This document shows, piece after piece, positions 45,304 to 59,613 of a DNA stretch of 64,000 bases. Origin of the DNA: Phoronis australis. Taxonomy: Eukaryota > Animalia > Phoronida. Each line of letters begins with the position of its first letter. Within the stretch, counting starts at the first letter, position 1. Under the pieces are notes generated by a model that did not search any database, was not told the DNA's origin, and worked only from the letters and a program-made list of their open reading frames with translations. The DNA lies in NCBI GenBank assembly GCA_002633005.1, contig NMRA01000755.1, positions 102,608 to 166,607 of the forward strand, in the 5' to 3' direction. A program made the position numbers and the translations under genes.

Positions 45304-48300
45304 ATGCATATCACTTGCCTAGTCCCTTTAGGACTGGTCTGCATCGTCTTCTTTTGTTCGGTTGCGGACTGTGCGTCTTCACCTGAACTGTCTGAGCGTC
45401 TGCGCGATCAAGAAGCCGAGGTCCAGCTATTGAAAAGCGTGTTCGTAGCACTGCTGAAACAAGTATCAAGGAGCGCGGGCGCAATTACGACGTTGAGAGA
45501 TCAAAATGAACTGTTATCGAAACAAACTCAGTCCCTTGCGAATTCAGTTCAGCGATGCGAACTGCATAAAAACAGATTCTTCGAGGAAATTCGGAACAGC
45601 GATGCATCCACTTTTCAGTCATATTTAGACGATCTCCACCATTGGAACGCGGCCGGAAACAATTCCAGCGAAGCCACCGATGTCAATTTTCTTTTCAAGA
45701 CCAGAGAAGCTTGGGCTAAATTGACAGAACATGATGAAGCTATTGCGGAACTCCGCCTTAAAGTGGGGCTGATCTGGGAACGACTAGAAAATATGACGAA
45801 GGGTCACGAAAGTCCACCACAAAGTACCGTGGCGGTGGTGTCACCAGATGCGACAACACAATCTATTCCGGTCAGCACGACTAAACCAGGTAAAATTTAT
45901 TCAGCAATATGCTACATGTATTCTGTTCAGAGTGATGGCAGAGAAACTAAAAGATGAGCAGATGCAGTGCAGAGATGATTTAGTTAGGACGAAATCAAAG
46001 TTTCCACTCCCACTGCAGTACCTTACATTCATGTATATAAGGCTTATAGTGTGCACAACAATGCATCTCCGATCAGCCGTTAGGTAGCGATGCTTTCGGC
46101 GCCGGCAACGAAACGAAAATGCGCCCCTTTGTCTTGTCTTCCAGTACAAACAAAATTCTCCATTATTCTATATGTCTACAATAAATTACCACTTATCAAA
46201 GTCAAGAATCAGTCGTATCGGTTTCCTAAAACTATCCCACTGCTATGAAATTTGTGCAGAAATTAAGAAACTTTACAAAAACGGCTGACAAGACTGAAAA
46301 CTGACTCGGCAAAACCTGATATAGTTCTTGCATTTTAGAATAACAAGGCTTGCCGGAAATTCTGTTGGTCCCAGGCACGTCCAAATCAGCTACAACTTGA
46401 ATTTGATGAAAAACGACTGGCAGTTTGATAGAAAAAATCCATAAAGAAACGGTGAAATGTTGCACGTCATTTTAAAAAATCCGGGTGGAACATGTAAATT
46501 ACAATGCTCGACAAATACATGTAACGTCACCATGGCATCGTCAACAAATAAATAAATGGCCGCATGTACTTATTCTTACCAAAAAGTACGTACGTAACCT
46601 TTCGTGTAGGAAGGCATCGTATTTTTTCGGCAAGTTATGACAACTTATGGTAACTAAAATTAAAGAAATAAAAAGGTAAAAAGTAAAATCCACTCACAGA
46701 TTCTAAGGTTATTGGGCGTTAATGTTGGCGCTTGCAGACGATGACTGTTAAAGCTAAGATACAGTTCAAAATGAACATTCGTAACGAACGTGTTTTCCAG
46801 ATTTAGACTTTTTCACACTGCATTTGCTGTGAAGTTCTTCAGAAAAGGTGGCGGATTTGTGTACTAGTTAAGAAGGACAACCATGGGTGCTTTTTGAGAA
46901 AATTTCTCAGAAGAGCCTGCATTGACGCTCAGTCAGATGGGGTGGAGCTCTTAGTAATCAGCTTTACCGTAAATTGATTGACCTGTTCACGCCGAGTCAT
47001 CTAATTTGATTAAGAAGCGGAAAGCGCCTGGATATGTGGACGAGAGGTGGAGTAGCTTTTGCTCTAAAGCGACCAGAAAACAAATGCTCTCTATGGCTAT
47101 CATAAACAGAGAAATAAACTCGTGAATCTTCATTGAAGAGGCTCTTACCGCTTCATTAAATTTTAGTAAACACATAATAATAAAGCGGAGTTTAACGCAA
47201 GACAGTTGTCAGTCGAAACTTATATCTAAATAATTCTCCGTCAGCAGAACACCAATTGTTTTCAAACTTTACTGAATTTTATACGATTTTTGACGTTGTC
47301 TTTTATTTTTGGGCGTGTACAACCACGCAAAATCGTCGCCGATGTGATTGACAGCTGCATTGTGGGTACTCACTCAACTGTCATACATGTCAACGGGGTT
47401 TCCTCGAAGCTCCATCCACTTAAAAAATCATAGCAAAATAAGGAAAACAAAAAACAGGTCTGGAAATCAAGAAATGTTTACATTTTAGTGTTATCTTTTG
47501 ACCGACGAAACTCGTCTTGTACTCTAAATTTGTGAATGTAAAAGAAAGATTATGTTGAATCGGAGGCCTGCGAACTGGGGAGGGGGGAGGAAACTGCCTG
47601 GTATTGGGGTGAAGGCAAGACTGCTAGCGCCGGCGGCCCGTTGGAAGGGGTGAAGTGCCCACCGGGAATGCGCTCACATTATGTTCATTCTCACACCAAA
47701 AGAAAATTTCTACGCTAATATCCATTTTATTTTTCGTGGGTGACGGCATGGACAGCCAATGAGGAGGGGCACTGCTACTGTATGTCACCATAGTGCCACA
47801 TTACCCGGATGTAGATCATCCGTTGTGATAAAGAACTGTCAAAGGCGTAATCACATCAAAATCCCAGACTTTGCTTAGCAAAAATACACTGTTCACCAAG
47901 GCAACGATCAAGTTCACATCGGACATTTTTAGCGGCATGAACGATACTGCAGAAGTGAGTATCCATCAAAGTACAACTTAAATGAGTCTATTCTTTTTCT
48001 TCTAGTCTGTTCCATTGTGGACACCTTCGTCAGTTACGAGACTCTCTCGTCTTTCCATCGAGACTACTTCGCCATGTTCGGTAAAGACTTGCTCTATGGT
48101 GGTAGCAAAACTTACTACATGAAGAATTTCGTATCGAACATTTTACTAGAATACAAAACTGAAGAGGACTTTCTACGGAACAAGAACGTTGTGATGCATA
48201 CGCTGCCCCTATATTGTGCAGGGGCACAGTCAGCAGTTGTGGGCGGTAGATTATACTGTAGTCAGAAAAACGAGCCAAACATATTGGTCTATGATTTACT

Positions 48301-48781
48301 AAACGTGTCGATGCCGCAGACGATTCCCCTTGTTAACGTTAACGGGTCCACGGCAGGTGCTGGCAACAAGTGCCCGTATGGTTACGGTGGGTTCTCCGAC
48401 ATCGATATGGAATTTGACGAGACCGGGCTGTATGCCATTTGGGGAAGAGCCAACAGAGACTGTCAGATGGCGATATCTAAGATTGACAGACAAACTCTCA
48501 CCATAGAGAGAACCTGGTCGACGACACACAGGAAACGAAGCGGAGGTGGCGCTTTTATGAGCTGCGGAAGATTGTACCATCTGTCGGACTTCCGAGGAAC
48601 TGCAAGGAATGCGTTCATGTACGACACAAGAACAGGCGTGGGAAAGACCCTAAGGAACTTGCAGTTCAAAAATCTTTATAGCAGCACCTTCCACCTGCAC
48701 TACGACCCTAATGAGCAAACCCTGTATGCATGGGACAACAGATACCCAGTGAAAGTAAGCATCAAATGGCAGACACAGTGA
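45304..48781 (+). CDS. Secreted coiled-coil plus olfactomedin-domain protein (~453 aa; amassin/noelin-like architecture)
   Basis: Exon 45304-45889 encodes a signal peptide, heptad-rich coiled coil and S/T/P linker (phase-1 donor gtaaaa). Exon 48006-48781 follows ttctttttcttctag and has olfactomedin hallmarks YGYGGFSDIDMEFDETGLYAIW, ISKIDRQTLTIERTWST, AFMSCGRLY and YDPNEQTLYAWDN. Confidence 0.9.
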
Positions 48782-49992
48782 GATTAACACATTAACGCCA
48801 TCTAGTGAAAAACTGACAAGACACAATATAGCAGCAGCCATATGACTGAAGACTTCTAGATCAAGACATTTAGAAAATTCACACAGCAATTTTTTACTTT
48901 GTTGAAAACAAACTTCACTCCAGGTCTGTTCAGGTCCACAGCAGTACATTACGGATCTTACAGTGTTTTCTTTTTGCTCAAGTTTGATGGGAACCTTTTA
49001 GCTTTGTTGTTTCTGACTAACTGTATTCACAATCGAAAGTAAAGAATATTATATGGGTCTGGTGCCAACATAGGTTTGTCACTGTAATACATAACGCCTT
49101 GCAATCGTAGCTTTCACTCAATGTAGTCAAGCAAAAGTATAATTGAAACAATAAGTAAAAGACAGTATATATTTTGCACTTGAATGGAGCCTGAGCTGTT
49201 AGTCACCAATTCAAAGGCCAGTGCCTGGGCCTACCGTGTTTAGCACGAACTGAGATTCCCTGTCAAAATTGCACCCTCAACATTGACACACTGATGGCAT
49301 TAACTGATGACCAAAAGCGATTTTCGCTACTTATCTCAACATTTCAAGAGTTTAATGTCCAGTCCAGGAGCACAAAACAGAGGCCACGGGGTCAAAAATG
49401 ACATAATGCTGATGAATCCCTCTCCTCTTATCACTTCGCCAGAGACTTAGGCAGACTGGAAAAATGTATCTGTCAAAACCAAATAACTAGAGTACCAGCT
49501 TTTGTGGAAACATAAAGCAAGTTAAATAATTTGACAATAAAAATAAACTCTCAACTGGATTATAATAATTAGTTATTAAATAAATGTCAAATTATAAAAC
49601 ACAGAATAACAAACAGTTTGTACATGGAGATGACTGATATTCAGGGCAACTGACCTGAGATCCAATAGGCATCACCTTAATGGCAGGGACATGGTGAATG
49701 GGATTTCACAATTATTAAGACTTCTCTTACTCAAACAACCAAAAGCCATGCAAGAGCTTACAACACGCTTAAACCATCCTTGCAATGGGTGTGTAAATCA
49801 AGCATCCAAACTAGAGTTTTCATGTTTTCTGTGAGATGATTTTCATCTTCCAACTTTGGCATTGAGCTATTCATTAAATAAACATAGTCCCAACTTGGGT
49901 TTACACCCTCGAGAACCCCATCCACTCGCATTATATTACTTAACATCACAGTGACAACTTGGGTGTACCACTCCTGTTACAATGATCAAGTA

Positions 49993-52900
49993 TTACGAAT
50001 CTCCAGTTAAGGATCTCATCTTGTGCCACATTTTCACAACAGGTTCTCTTCTCTTCCACACCACCCGGTGTCCATATTTGGCATACCACCTAAAACAAGA
50101 ATGATAACCCATTCAGTGTTTCTGTTACATTTATATGTGGGACGTTGCCCCACAGTGTCAACAACAACTAAGTTTTCCAAACAGTCCAAAAGAGTTAAAT
50201 TATGCAAGTCGTAAAGGTACATGTATGAAATGTGAGGGAATTATTTGAAACATTTTGATCCACTTTGTTTCACAAAACACAAAATTGACGAGACACTGAA
50301 ACATTTTAAACTGCATTTCACCCAATTAAGCTGTCTAAAAATAAAATCGATTTTGGCCTTTACTATTAATAATAAAATAGGTCTCACAATATTCCTTACC
50401 ATGATAGGATACTAATTCGGTTACAAAGAAGAACAATGAATGTTTTAGCAACTAAAGAAAGCACCTCAGAATTTATTGGGGTTGACCAAACCTAAAACTG
50501 CCAATTCGAAATGGTGAGCTCATTTGGCAACAATTCAAAATTGAAAGATCAAAAGTAAATATTAAATTAAAAAGTTTTTAAGCCACCAAGTGCTCCGTAA
50601 GTAGGCAATTTCTGAAATGTTTCTGAATCATTTGAAAGATTTTGATCAACTTTGTAAATGTAGCTGCTATGTTACTCAAGAGAATTATTGAGACAAACCC
50701 AGCATTGTGTAACAAGGTCAGAGGAATTATGGTGTTGTGGTGGAGTAGAGAAAGGGCTCCATCTAACGTATGTCCAGGGCGTGTAAATGGACACTCGGAC
50801 ACAAATTTAGAAACCGTGTAAAACATTTGGATACCCAAGTAAAGTAAACAAGCAGGAACGGCTGTTTCTTTTAATTGATAACAGTAGCCCTAGGAGCTAA
50901 TTAGCATGTCCAGAATAAAATTTAAAGTAATCAATATATAATGTGAGCTACAATAAACTTCATTGTTGACCTATGTTTCCAAGTATCATACCACACTATT
51001 GGGAAATTCATTTTGTATTGAACTCGTGAAAAGTGATGTCATCAAGAGCTGCCTCTGACACACCGTCCACACTTATTCTACTGCTTGGACCGGGTGGTAA
51101 CATGTCCACACAGTATCCACATGGCCGTTGAAATCAACAGACCACAATTTTGCCATTATCAGAAATTTCCCACCAATGACACAAAATAATTAATTGAAAG
51201 TCTACCTGCAGAGTAGAAGCCCTCGTAAGTTGATGACCACTAAAAAAATCTCGGCCCCTCCCCACAATGCGGTGGTTTCGTGATGATGTAAGATCATTAC
51301 GATATTAATCTGATGGCTACTGGAGTGGTTAAGATGGCGTGGTGATGAAGGCGGTGTTAGGGGTGGGTGGTGTGAGGATAGTCCAATCATTTGTTGTTGA
51401 TGTGCGAGTGGTGGTGATGATGGTGGTGTTTGTGGTGTGCTGTCTTACTTAGTGTTGGAACTGATTGGTCAGACCAAACAACAGATGACCTCTGACAGAT
51501 TTATATCAACTTACAGTCCAAACAAGGCACCTCCTAGATGGGCAGCATGGTCGAAGAAGTGCCAATCAAACAACACACCGAGTGAGTCAAACAACAGAAT
51601 GCAGTACAAACCCTACAGAAAAAAGAGGATTTAAATCATGATTCATAATAAAATGCAACATAAAAGAACAGGAGCAATGAACAGATGCATGTATGTGCTC
51701 ACACTTAGCATGCTTCAACAAGCAAAGTTACATATTCCAAGTATTGCCACCAGGGGAGCAACAGTAGCCTATACCTGATGACATCAACATTCCTACTAGA
51801 TTCCTGTTTGCATGCTTCCAATCTAATAAGAAGAATATGCATTGTTTGACAAGTTCTGACCCTAAAGTCTCAATAGGGAAGCAAGCGTATGAAGCTGAAA
51901 TGACAACAACTGGTCTCTTTGGATGGTCACCTGACATGCACCAAAATACAGATCCATTAAAATGTGCATAAGACAATCACTGCCAAGTGCAGAAGACATA
52001 GAACTGAGAACACCACACGGAGAGTGGAGTGAAACTCTTCAAAGTGACACAGTTACAGCCTGTAACCCCAAAGCCTACTGAAAACCTAGAAACATGTTTG
52101 CACTGCCCACTAAAGATGTCTTTTGTACGTAGAAATCCGTAAACTAATGGAATGGAAATGTAACCGTCAGTCTGCAAGTAACGTCTTTCAGATACAATTT
52201 AAGGTACATGTGTAGTTGTGATTTCAGTTAATAGTTCACTGACTTTTAAAAATGAGAGACACAACAAACTGTTTATTTCGCGCTGACCAACAACGTGGAG
52301 TTTATTTCCACAAAATTTTAGGTTTAACTCTTTGGCAAATTATGTCTAAATTCTTTACCACTGCTTATGACCACATACGATCACAATCACCCTTAGTCAA
52401 GCCTCGCAAATTCTAACAACAGATTAGCCTTGGGCATATGAAGTATTGTAGCCTAAAGCTTTTCATGTTAGTACATACTGCACCATGTTCCCGAGACTCT
52501 GGGGTAAAATTGCACTACGGTCCATAATTCCTAACAAAATGTGTGCAATGGTGTAACTGTACCAATTGTGGGAACAAGACTAAGTATCTTACAATTCATT
52601 AAAATCCACAGGATGTGTTCATCTTTTATCAAAACATTGAGCAGGGCTTGGAATAATCAATGACGAACAATAGGAAAATTTTCCTGGATTCTTCCACAAA
52701 TAAATAGGCTTGTGTGATAGAAATATTTTCAGTGTTGTAAAATTTAACTGAAATAAATGTTTTTCCATCAATACACAAAATAATGACAAAAAGAGACGAG
52801 AAAGAGGAAATTTGAAATCAAAAGAGTAAATCGAAACCAAAAAAGAGAAAATTAATCCTTTAAAAACTGGAAAATTTCAAGCCCTGATTGAGTGTGGTAA

Positions 52901-55900
52901 CACTTTTGTCTAACAGAAATTACTAAAACAATAAAGAAAACTAAATAGATAGCATCCCACACCAAAACATTGACACAAATGTCTTTTAGTCAGTGCACGT
53001 GCTCCAACAAAGAGCAACATGATTGTGCAACTCACCGTCTGAGCAGAGAATGAGTGAGGAAACAGTTCCCCAATGAGGGCTATACTGAGCCTCGAGTCTG
53101 GGTACGATTGGCAGACAGCACCAAGTACAGTAAGGATGGCCCCTGACTGAAACAGAACGCAACATAATTAGGGGCACAAGAGGAGACGAAAATAATAAGT
53201 CAAAAATACTGTAACAAGAGCAGCGTGGAGTGTTGATATGCCCTCACAGTGGCAAATACAATAAGGTTTGCTCAGTTCCTCAAGCATTTCCATGGAAACG
53301 AGTGAGCAACACTAATCAATTTGAGTCTATGGGGTGCAGAAGAGAATACTAATTTAAAATAAATAAAAACGGCAGAGTGCAAAACACATATCAGAATGGT
53401 CAAAAAAGGGAAGTGCTATTACCTTCTGGAAAAAAACCTTGTCAGTCAAATCTTATAACAATCCTTCATCAAACTTGGCACACTGAAACATTAAGCCTAG
53501 TGCAATGTGGGTGTTAAACAGTATTGCCCAAAATAAATCTCACCTAGGTTTCTGTCAACGAAAGGTAAAATTTTGTAATAAGTCTTCAAAGCATTTCACA
53601 GAAAGAAAATTGCCACCAGGGGGCGCAGAAAATGCAAGGGTGATGCGAAAAAGGACAATGTTGTCTGCTTCCTCAATGTAAAATTCCATGAAGGTTCACC
53701 AAAGGATATGGAAATAATGACACTGATGAAAAAGGGTGAAAAAGTGACACAATGGGGAGTAGCATTAGCAGGAGGTTTCCTCAAATCAAAGCTGTGCCCT
53801 GGTTAACAGGAACACACCTACAAAATTCCACGACGATCCTTTCGAGAACTCAGTAGAAAGTGACATAGGTGCAAAAAACTCACAAGGAAGCATAATTATT
53901 GCGGTTAGATTCCTCTGAAAATCAACATGGGGCATGCTCTCCTGAACAGCAACATATCAAAGAAATTTCATAACAATCTTTCACCAAAGTTGGTAGAAAT
54001 AAAGGCTGCCGCAAAACAATAAAATATTCACTAGGGGGAATGGCAGTAGTTGAATTTGCCCAACAATCAGTAAAATCAGCGCTCTTGTCATTAAAGATAC
54101 AATGCGAGTAAAATTTCATGATGATCCTTCCATGAACTAAGTAGATATTGAGGGCGACAAAAAATGGTTACTCAGGGGTCATGTTCATCTGAAAATCAAT
54201 GACAGCCAAGCTCTAGCCAAACTGAAACACTCGCCTTAAAGTTCACAACAATCCTTCAAACTGTATGGCAGATGGAGAGACACAATAATGCCACACAAGT
54301 TGACTAATCGTCACTAGGAGGCGCAGCAGTAGTTAACTCAGCCCAAACATTAATGGAGTGCCATTTCGAGTAAGTGACTTAGAAAGATATAAAGTGAAAC
54401 GCTAACAGCTGTGAAGGAAACTTACCGCACCAAGAGATGCTTGCAAACTGCCGCGGAGAATCTTGATAAGATAACTAGCAAATGAAGATATGGTCCCTGA
54501 AATGAGAAAAAGTAAACGCAAGATTATAACTGTTGTTTTTAGTTGAACGTCACTCTAAGAACTTTTTTGTAAAATACTGAACTCATACGTGTAAATTCGC
54601 TTAATGTCCAACGTTGAAATTTCTAAATTTTCACTTTTAGACACTCATAATTGGCGTAGCACCCAACTCTGATCAAGACTTACTTAGCAGCTTTGTCTCA
54701 TAACTTAAGAAAGACAAAAACAAAAGAGCTAAAACAGCGACTAGGGATCCATCTGAAAATCAAAGTCAGACCTGCACTTGTCAATTGGAGCATATCCCTC
54801 AAATTTCATGGCAAACTTGGTAGGTAACGAGGCACGTGCAAAACCTTAAACTGTCACTAGACAACACTGCATTATTCAGATCTGCCCAAAAATCAATGTC
54901 AGCCACACTCTCATCAAAGGGAGATATCCCTCCATATTCATGGTGACACTTCAAACTGTTTGGCACACACACAAGTGCATGCAAAAAGACGCACACCAAA
55001 ATACTAAGACTGCCACTACAACAGTAGATCCAATAGGTAACATCATCTCCTTGACAGGAAACCCAATGGCATGCTTTGCCAAATTTCACGACTTGGAAGA
55101 TATAACAGAGGCAAATAAAGAATTTAATAAATTTACCACTAGATGGTACAGTAGTAGGGTATATATCGATATCATTTGCTGACAATTTCAAAGGGAAACA
55201 CTTCAAATTTCCCGCAAGGGGTTTAGGCATCACAGCCTGACACCAGACATCAGGACAGAGATCAGCAATTTACACTGACTCACAGAACTTTTTGAAAGCA
55301 CATAAAACATTCGAAATGGGAAGTACATGTATCAGACGAGTGTTCATGTCAAAAACTCTGCATCTCAATACCGCCCTACTGCCTGTAACTGCATGTTTAC
55401 ACCTACCTCCGGTTAAATACATGGCTACGAACTGTTCCTTGCCAAATAGACTCACAGCTACACTAGAGAATGACCATAGAACATACATATTGACGGCGAG
55501 ATGGAGAAACGAGTAGTGACTGAACGACGAGAGCAGCATAGACCAGCATGGAGCACCTGACGGGGAGAAGCAAGTTTGTCCAGCATTAAATATTTGACAT
55601 TCTATAGGGTGTAATCAAATGACAAGTCAGTGACACTAAATGTCACAGGAATGAGGACAGAGACAATGATCTAAAATTTCCGGTCGTCATTGTCACCATA
55701 TATCATTATGTTACTAGTATGAACAAAGAAAAATTGCAGAAAAGTTAAACGAAGGTCAAAACACAATTAGGATTTTGCTAAATTGACCAGTCACTACCAG
55801 TCCCATTCACTGGGGCTGATATGATAAGGATTAGGTATTTTGTCTGATTATGATTATGCAGAATTTTCAGTCATTGAAGGCAGCATGACTGGAACTTGAT

Positions 55901-58900
55901 TACCATATATACAACTGTGAGGTCACAGGTTTATTCTTCCATATGACGAGCTATTGGTACCAATACCCTAAGTGAAGTCTTATTTCTGCAGCAGTTAGTG
56001 AATTTAAAAGTTTTTTGACAACATTGACACCCACATTTGTTAAACAGTGAGAACACATGTCAGTTCCTTCATTTTTTGATTTTACAAAAATGTTTTATTT
56101 GTGAACATTTTCGTCACTTGTTGTATTTTCAGACAACGGAACCTGCAGTGCAAAAATAAGTCGAAAAACAGTTTTTCACTCGAAAAATCATCTAGTAAAA
56201 ACAGTAGTTTTCAAAATAAATTGGATAACGGAGAAACTCCACGACGTTTCAATGCACAAACTGCGATAAGTACTCACTTTTTTACTAGAACCTGTTACGA
56301 TTCTGGCTAAGTCTCAAAATATATCAACAGACGTTGGTCCATGCAAACCCAACCTACCAATAGCTGGATTACTGACAAAGTACTTGAGCATCACTGGCTG
56401 AAGACTAGGGATTTTCCACATGGCAAACACCGCCACATTAAGGCCGATGATTCCCAACACTACCCTCTGACCAGCTGTGAACTGACTCCAAAGGCTATTT
56501 ATCTGAAATGATCAAACAAGTAATACATGTTTGGGTCCAGCGTGACAAGGCATGTGTTATGATGTTATCAAACAATGTTAAACCGTTTCTAAAAACAAAA
56601 TCCAGTCTAAAGCGTCACATACGACGATAAGTAAGTCATGCAAAATCAACAAATTTGAAAATTTAAAGGTTGTGAGTCAAGGTGTGAAAATCAAACCGTG
56701 AACTAAACTCTGCCTATAGTGAGGTTCTAATAACACCTCGTAGGCTACAGTGTTAAAAAAAAACAACTAATACAAATGGTTACTGCGGGAGAGTTGAAGT
56801 GTTAAACAAATGCCTCTTTGTGGCTTTAAATTATTCAAAAAGTCAGTTGCTTAACTAAGTTGAAGTATTGTTTAGTTTCTGCAACCAGACAATGTTTAAC
56901 GCAAAAGGCATCAACTCATTTTGAAACACTCTTTTCATTAAACTTTTCGTACAATGGTGGTTTCCAGCAACAGAACTTTTTAGGACATCAAAAGATCGAA
57001 GTGGTCTGAAGCTCTTTTTATTACTTGAATAACTTTTTGTCTCCTGAATTACAAATGTCTCTCTTACTGTGTTCTGTTTTGCTTTGTCGCAGATCAGAAG
57101 TTTTCGTCCAACCCTGCAACCCCTTTACAAATCTAAAGCCGGCCATTGCCATAGGCACTTTAATGCATTGATAACCACAAAATTTGGAATTTGTAAAAAA
57201 AGTACTCGCACATTTTGAGATTGCTTAAGGCTGAACAATAAAGTGCAATAAATTTAAGACAACTAAAATTAGTAAGCATGAACTGAATAATTCAGAGGTG
57301 TCTCCCATACTTACACCACCATCTGTTTAAAGCAACTATCAGAATAAAAATTTAAAGCATATTTGGTCCTGGCATGTTTCTTTTGAAAACTGAGTTAGTG
57401 GTTCAGTATTTATTTTTTAGTTGCACATTTTCTTCAAATAAAAAAATTGAAACTATGAACAAATGAGCAAATCATAATAATATGGCTTGAAATCTGGACA
57501 AATAAGACAATACAATTTAAATGAATGGTGAAGCTAAAAATACAAATATTTAGTAAAATATTCATCTTTAGAATGATTTAGAGTGTTTCGTGTTAACTTA
57601 CATGTTGTCTCACAGAACCCGCTTTTAATGTCCTGGTCTCAATATCTTTCATATACCTTTTGGCACGATAACGCAAAGACTCATACTGCCAGATAGCTGC
57701 TCCTGTAAAACTTGCAGTCGATGCCTACAACAAATTTCACAAACAATTAGTTATTGGCAAATCCCAATCTTGCAATAAACGGATGAAGACCTGTGAAATT
57801 CTGAGCTGAACAGTCAAATTCACTTATTACCATTAACGTTCAAGTTAAAGATCGCTTGAGCAGTTCTAGTCCAACGATCTGCAAGATATAAAAAGTTTGA
57901 GACAATTAAGCTCAACAAACATACCACCATAGTGAGCTCTTTACTCCTGCCATTACTCAACATTTTGGATGTCAAATTATTATCAGGTTCATGATAAATG
58001 ATCATGACCGCATGATCACCATTCATAGCATGATTCATGGAAAACCTTGGACCATTTACTGTGGTTCAGTGATTGAGATGAATTGTCATGCTTGCACGAT
58101 CAGTTAAATCAACTGTTCAATGAATACTTAACCATTTATAACATGTGCTACCATTTTAATGCAAAAATTGTATCTATGTTTCTAACACAAAATCAAATGG
58201 CTTGCTATGGAAATACATACACGTGCTTGAACACAATCAGGCACACCAGTTGTGATTTGTAAGCCTGGACCATGCATAACCTTTACTTTTTAAGAGTTGC
58301 AATTTTCATACTACATTTATTATAGTGATGCGGATGGATCAAAGAATACAAAAAACAAACAAACTTTTCATGCGACACATCCTCAGCCTCTTGGGCTTAT
58401 AAGTCACTTGATTACCAATTAACACCCAAACGGACACACATAATATTTCAGACAAGTTCATTTCGCTAGTCAGCAAATTCATCTATACATTTTATTTAAC
58501 AAAAAATCACCTACCAGCACTACAAAACCAAATGGTCGAACTAATCGTGAGAACTCGTTTTTTATTCCTGCTTCTACATGTGTTGGTTCTTTTCCTGTTC
58601 TGATTGATCTGTGTTTGAGTGTGTTCTGAGTTGAGAACTTGTTTAACGTCTGTTTACATCTAGCGTGAATGTCTGAACTTTCTTTGACGAGGCAATGGAA
58701 ATTTCTAAGCTTGAGACACACCAGCTTCATCTGTGAATGTTGATTGCTAAAAGGAAAGTAACACGACATCAGTTTTAATGCATTTGGGGTTAAATTACTA
58801 TTTAATTAAAGCTAAGTTAGTTATGGTGTTTTGAAGAGAACCAGGGACAGGAAACCATACTTCATAAATGGCCGGCGATCAGAAGTTATGAGTAGATTTT

Positions 58901-58922
58901 GTTTCAGTGGAGTTGTCAGCAT
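49993..58922 (-). CDS. PARL: Mitochondrial rhomboid protease PARL (~362 aa)
   Basis: Exons 58922-58861, 58746-58515, 57724-57602 (GAAIWQYESL), 56502-56358, 55556-55407 (MLLSSFSHYSFLHLAVNMYVLWSFS), 54496-54426 (...SLGA), 53146-53036 (SGAILTVL...), 51612-51515 (FFDHAAHLGGALFG) and 50089-49993 (WYAKYGH...REPVVKMWH). All are GT-AG and phase-consistent, and the catalytic Ser (GASG) and His are intact. The first exon is less certain; there is an alternative in-frame ATG at 58769. Confidence 0.95.
52642..52886. mobile_element. hAT-like MITE, 245 bp, with apparent 6-bp TSD (ATTGAG)
   Basis: Termini cagggcttggaat and atttcaagccctg; attgag lies immediately on both sides. Confidence 0.75.
53420..55250. 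repeat. Degenerate ~140/290-bp multi-unit repeat in PARL introns, on both sides of exon 54426-54496
   Basis: Recurrent blocks aaatttcat.acaatc.ttca, ctgaaaatcaa, cactagg.gg and aaacttggtag. Confidence 0.55.
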
Positions 58923-59613
58923 TTCCCAAGAGATATGACAAAATTCAAAAATTTTGCAAATGTCACAAGCACATTCCGGCGATTCCGCCAATGTCAATGT
59001 CAATGATGTATTCCATTAGCAGGTGACAGAACGAGGACTGGTAGAAGTCATCAAGACAGGCTTAGCTTACAGTGGTTTGTAGCTTATTTTGACACTACTC
59101 TTCATGCAGCTTGCTGACTGGCTAGCAGAGACTCCTTGACTTATTGACTATTACCAGTTCAGCCTAGCCAGCAGTAACTGAGTAAGGACAGTATTTGGAG
59201 ATACCAGTACTTACACATTTTGCCGAAAAATACTACAACCTAAGTTAGTGGAATGCCTACAGACTGGCAAAAGACGTATCCACATTTCGAAGCTTGGATC
59301 AACAATATCGAAAATTTACAGTTTAGTAACACAGTAGTCAGATGTCCTATTCCTAATGAACAGATTCTCAGCAGTTGACTTCTCAGACAGTGTGCATAGC
59401 TAATTGCTAAGTTAGTTACGTACCTAAGGATTGAGAAGTAGGTCACGTTATAGATTTCCTTGTGTAAAAGCACGTCTCTATGTGGTCATATTTCAATACT
59501 ATGAATTAGATTTAGGAGTCCGACGGAAGAAAATGAGTGAAATGTCACATGAAAAATTACTTCTGTGTGGCATTATAATAGAAACTAGTGGAGCTATCTG
59601 GGGATATCTTGTA
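58923..59613. promoter_or_regulatory. Head-to-head intergenic region between PARL and COG3 (probable shared promoter)
   Basis: Divergent start codons are ~690 bp apart. Position only; no motif established. Confidence 0.45.

Noticed and set aside
51330-51440. His/Pro-rich minus-strand ORF
   Set aside because: Low-complexity (GGT/GAT)n tract in the last PARL intron.
54118-54192. Box C/D snoRNA-like ATGATGA...CTGA in a PARL intron
   Set aside because: Both boxes are parts of the surrounding degenerate repeat unit (compare ~53821-53922), and I saw no rRNA-complementary guide.
59431-59613. N-terminal extension of COG3 in the ORF track
   Set aside because: Similarity to COG3 begins only after the ATG at 59614; the upstream open frame is probably UTR or promoter, though an in-frame ATG near 59533 cannot be excluded.
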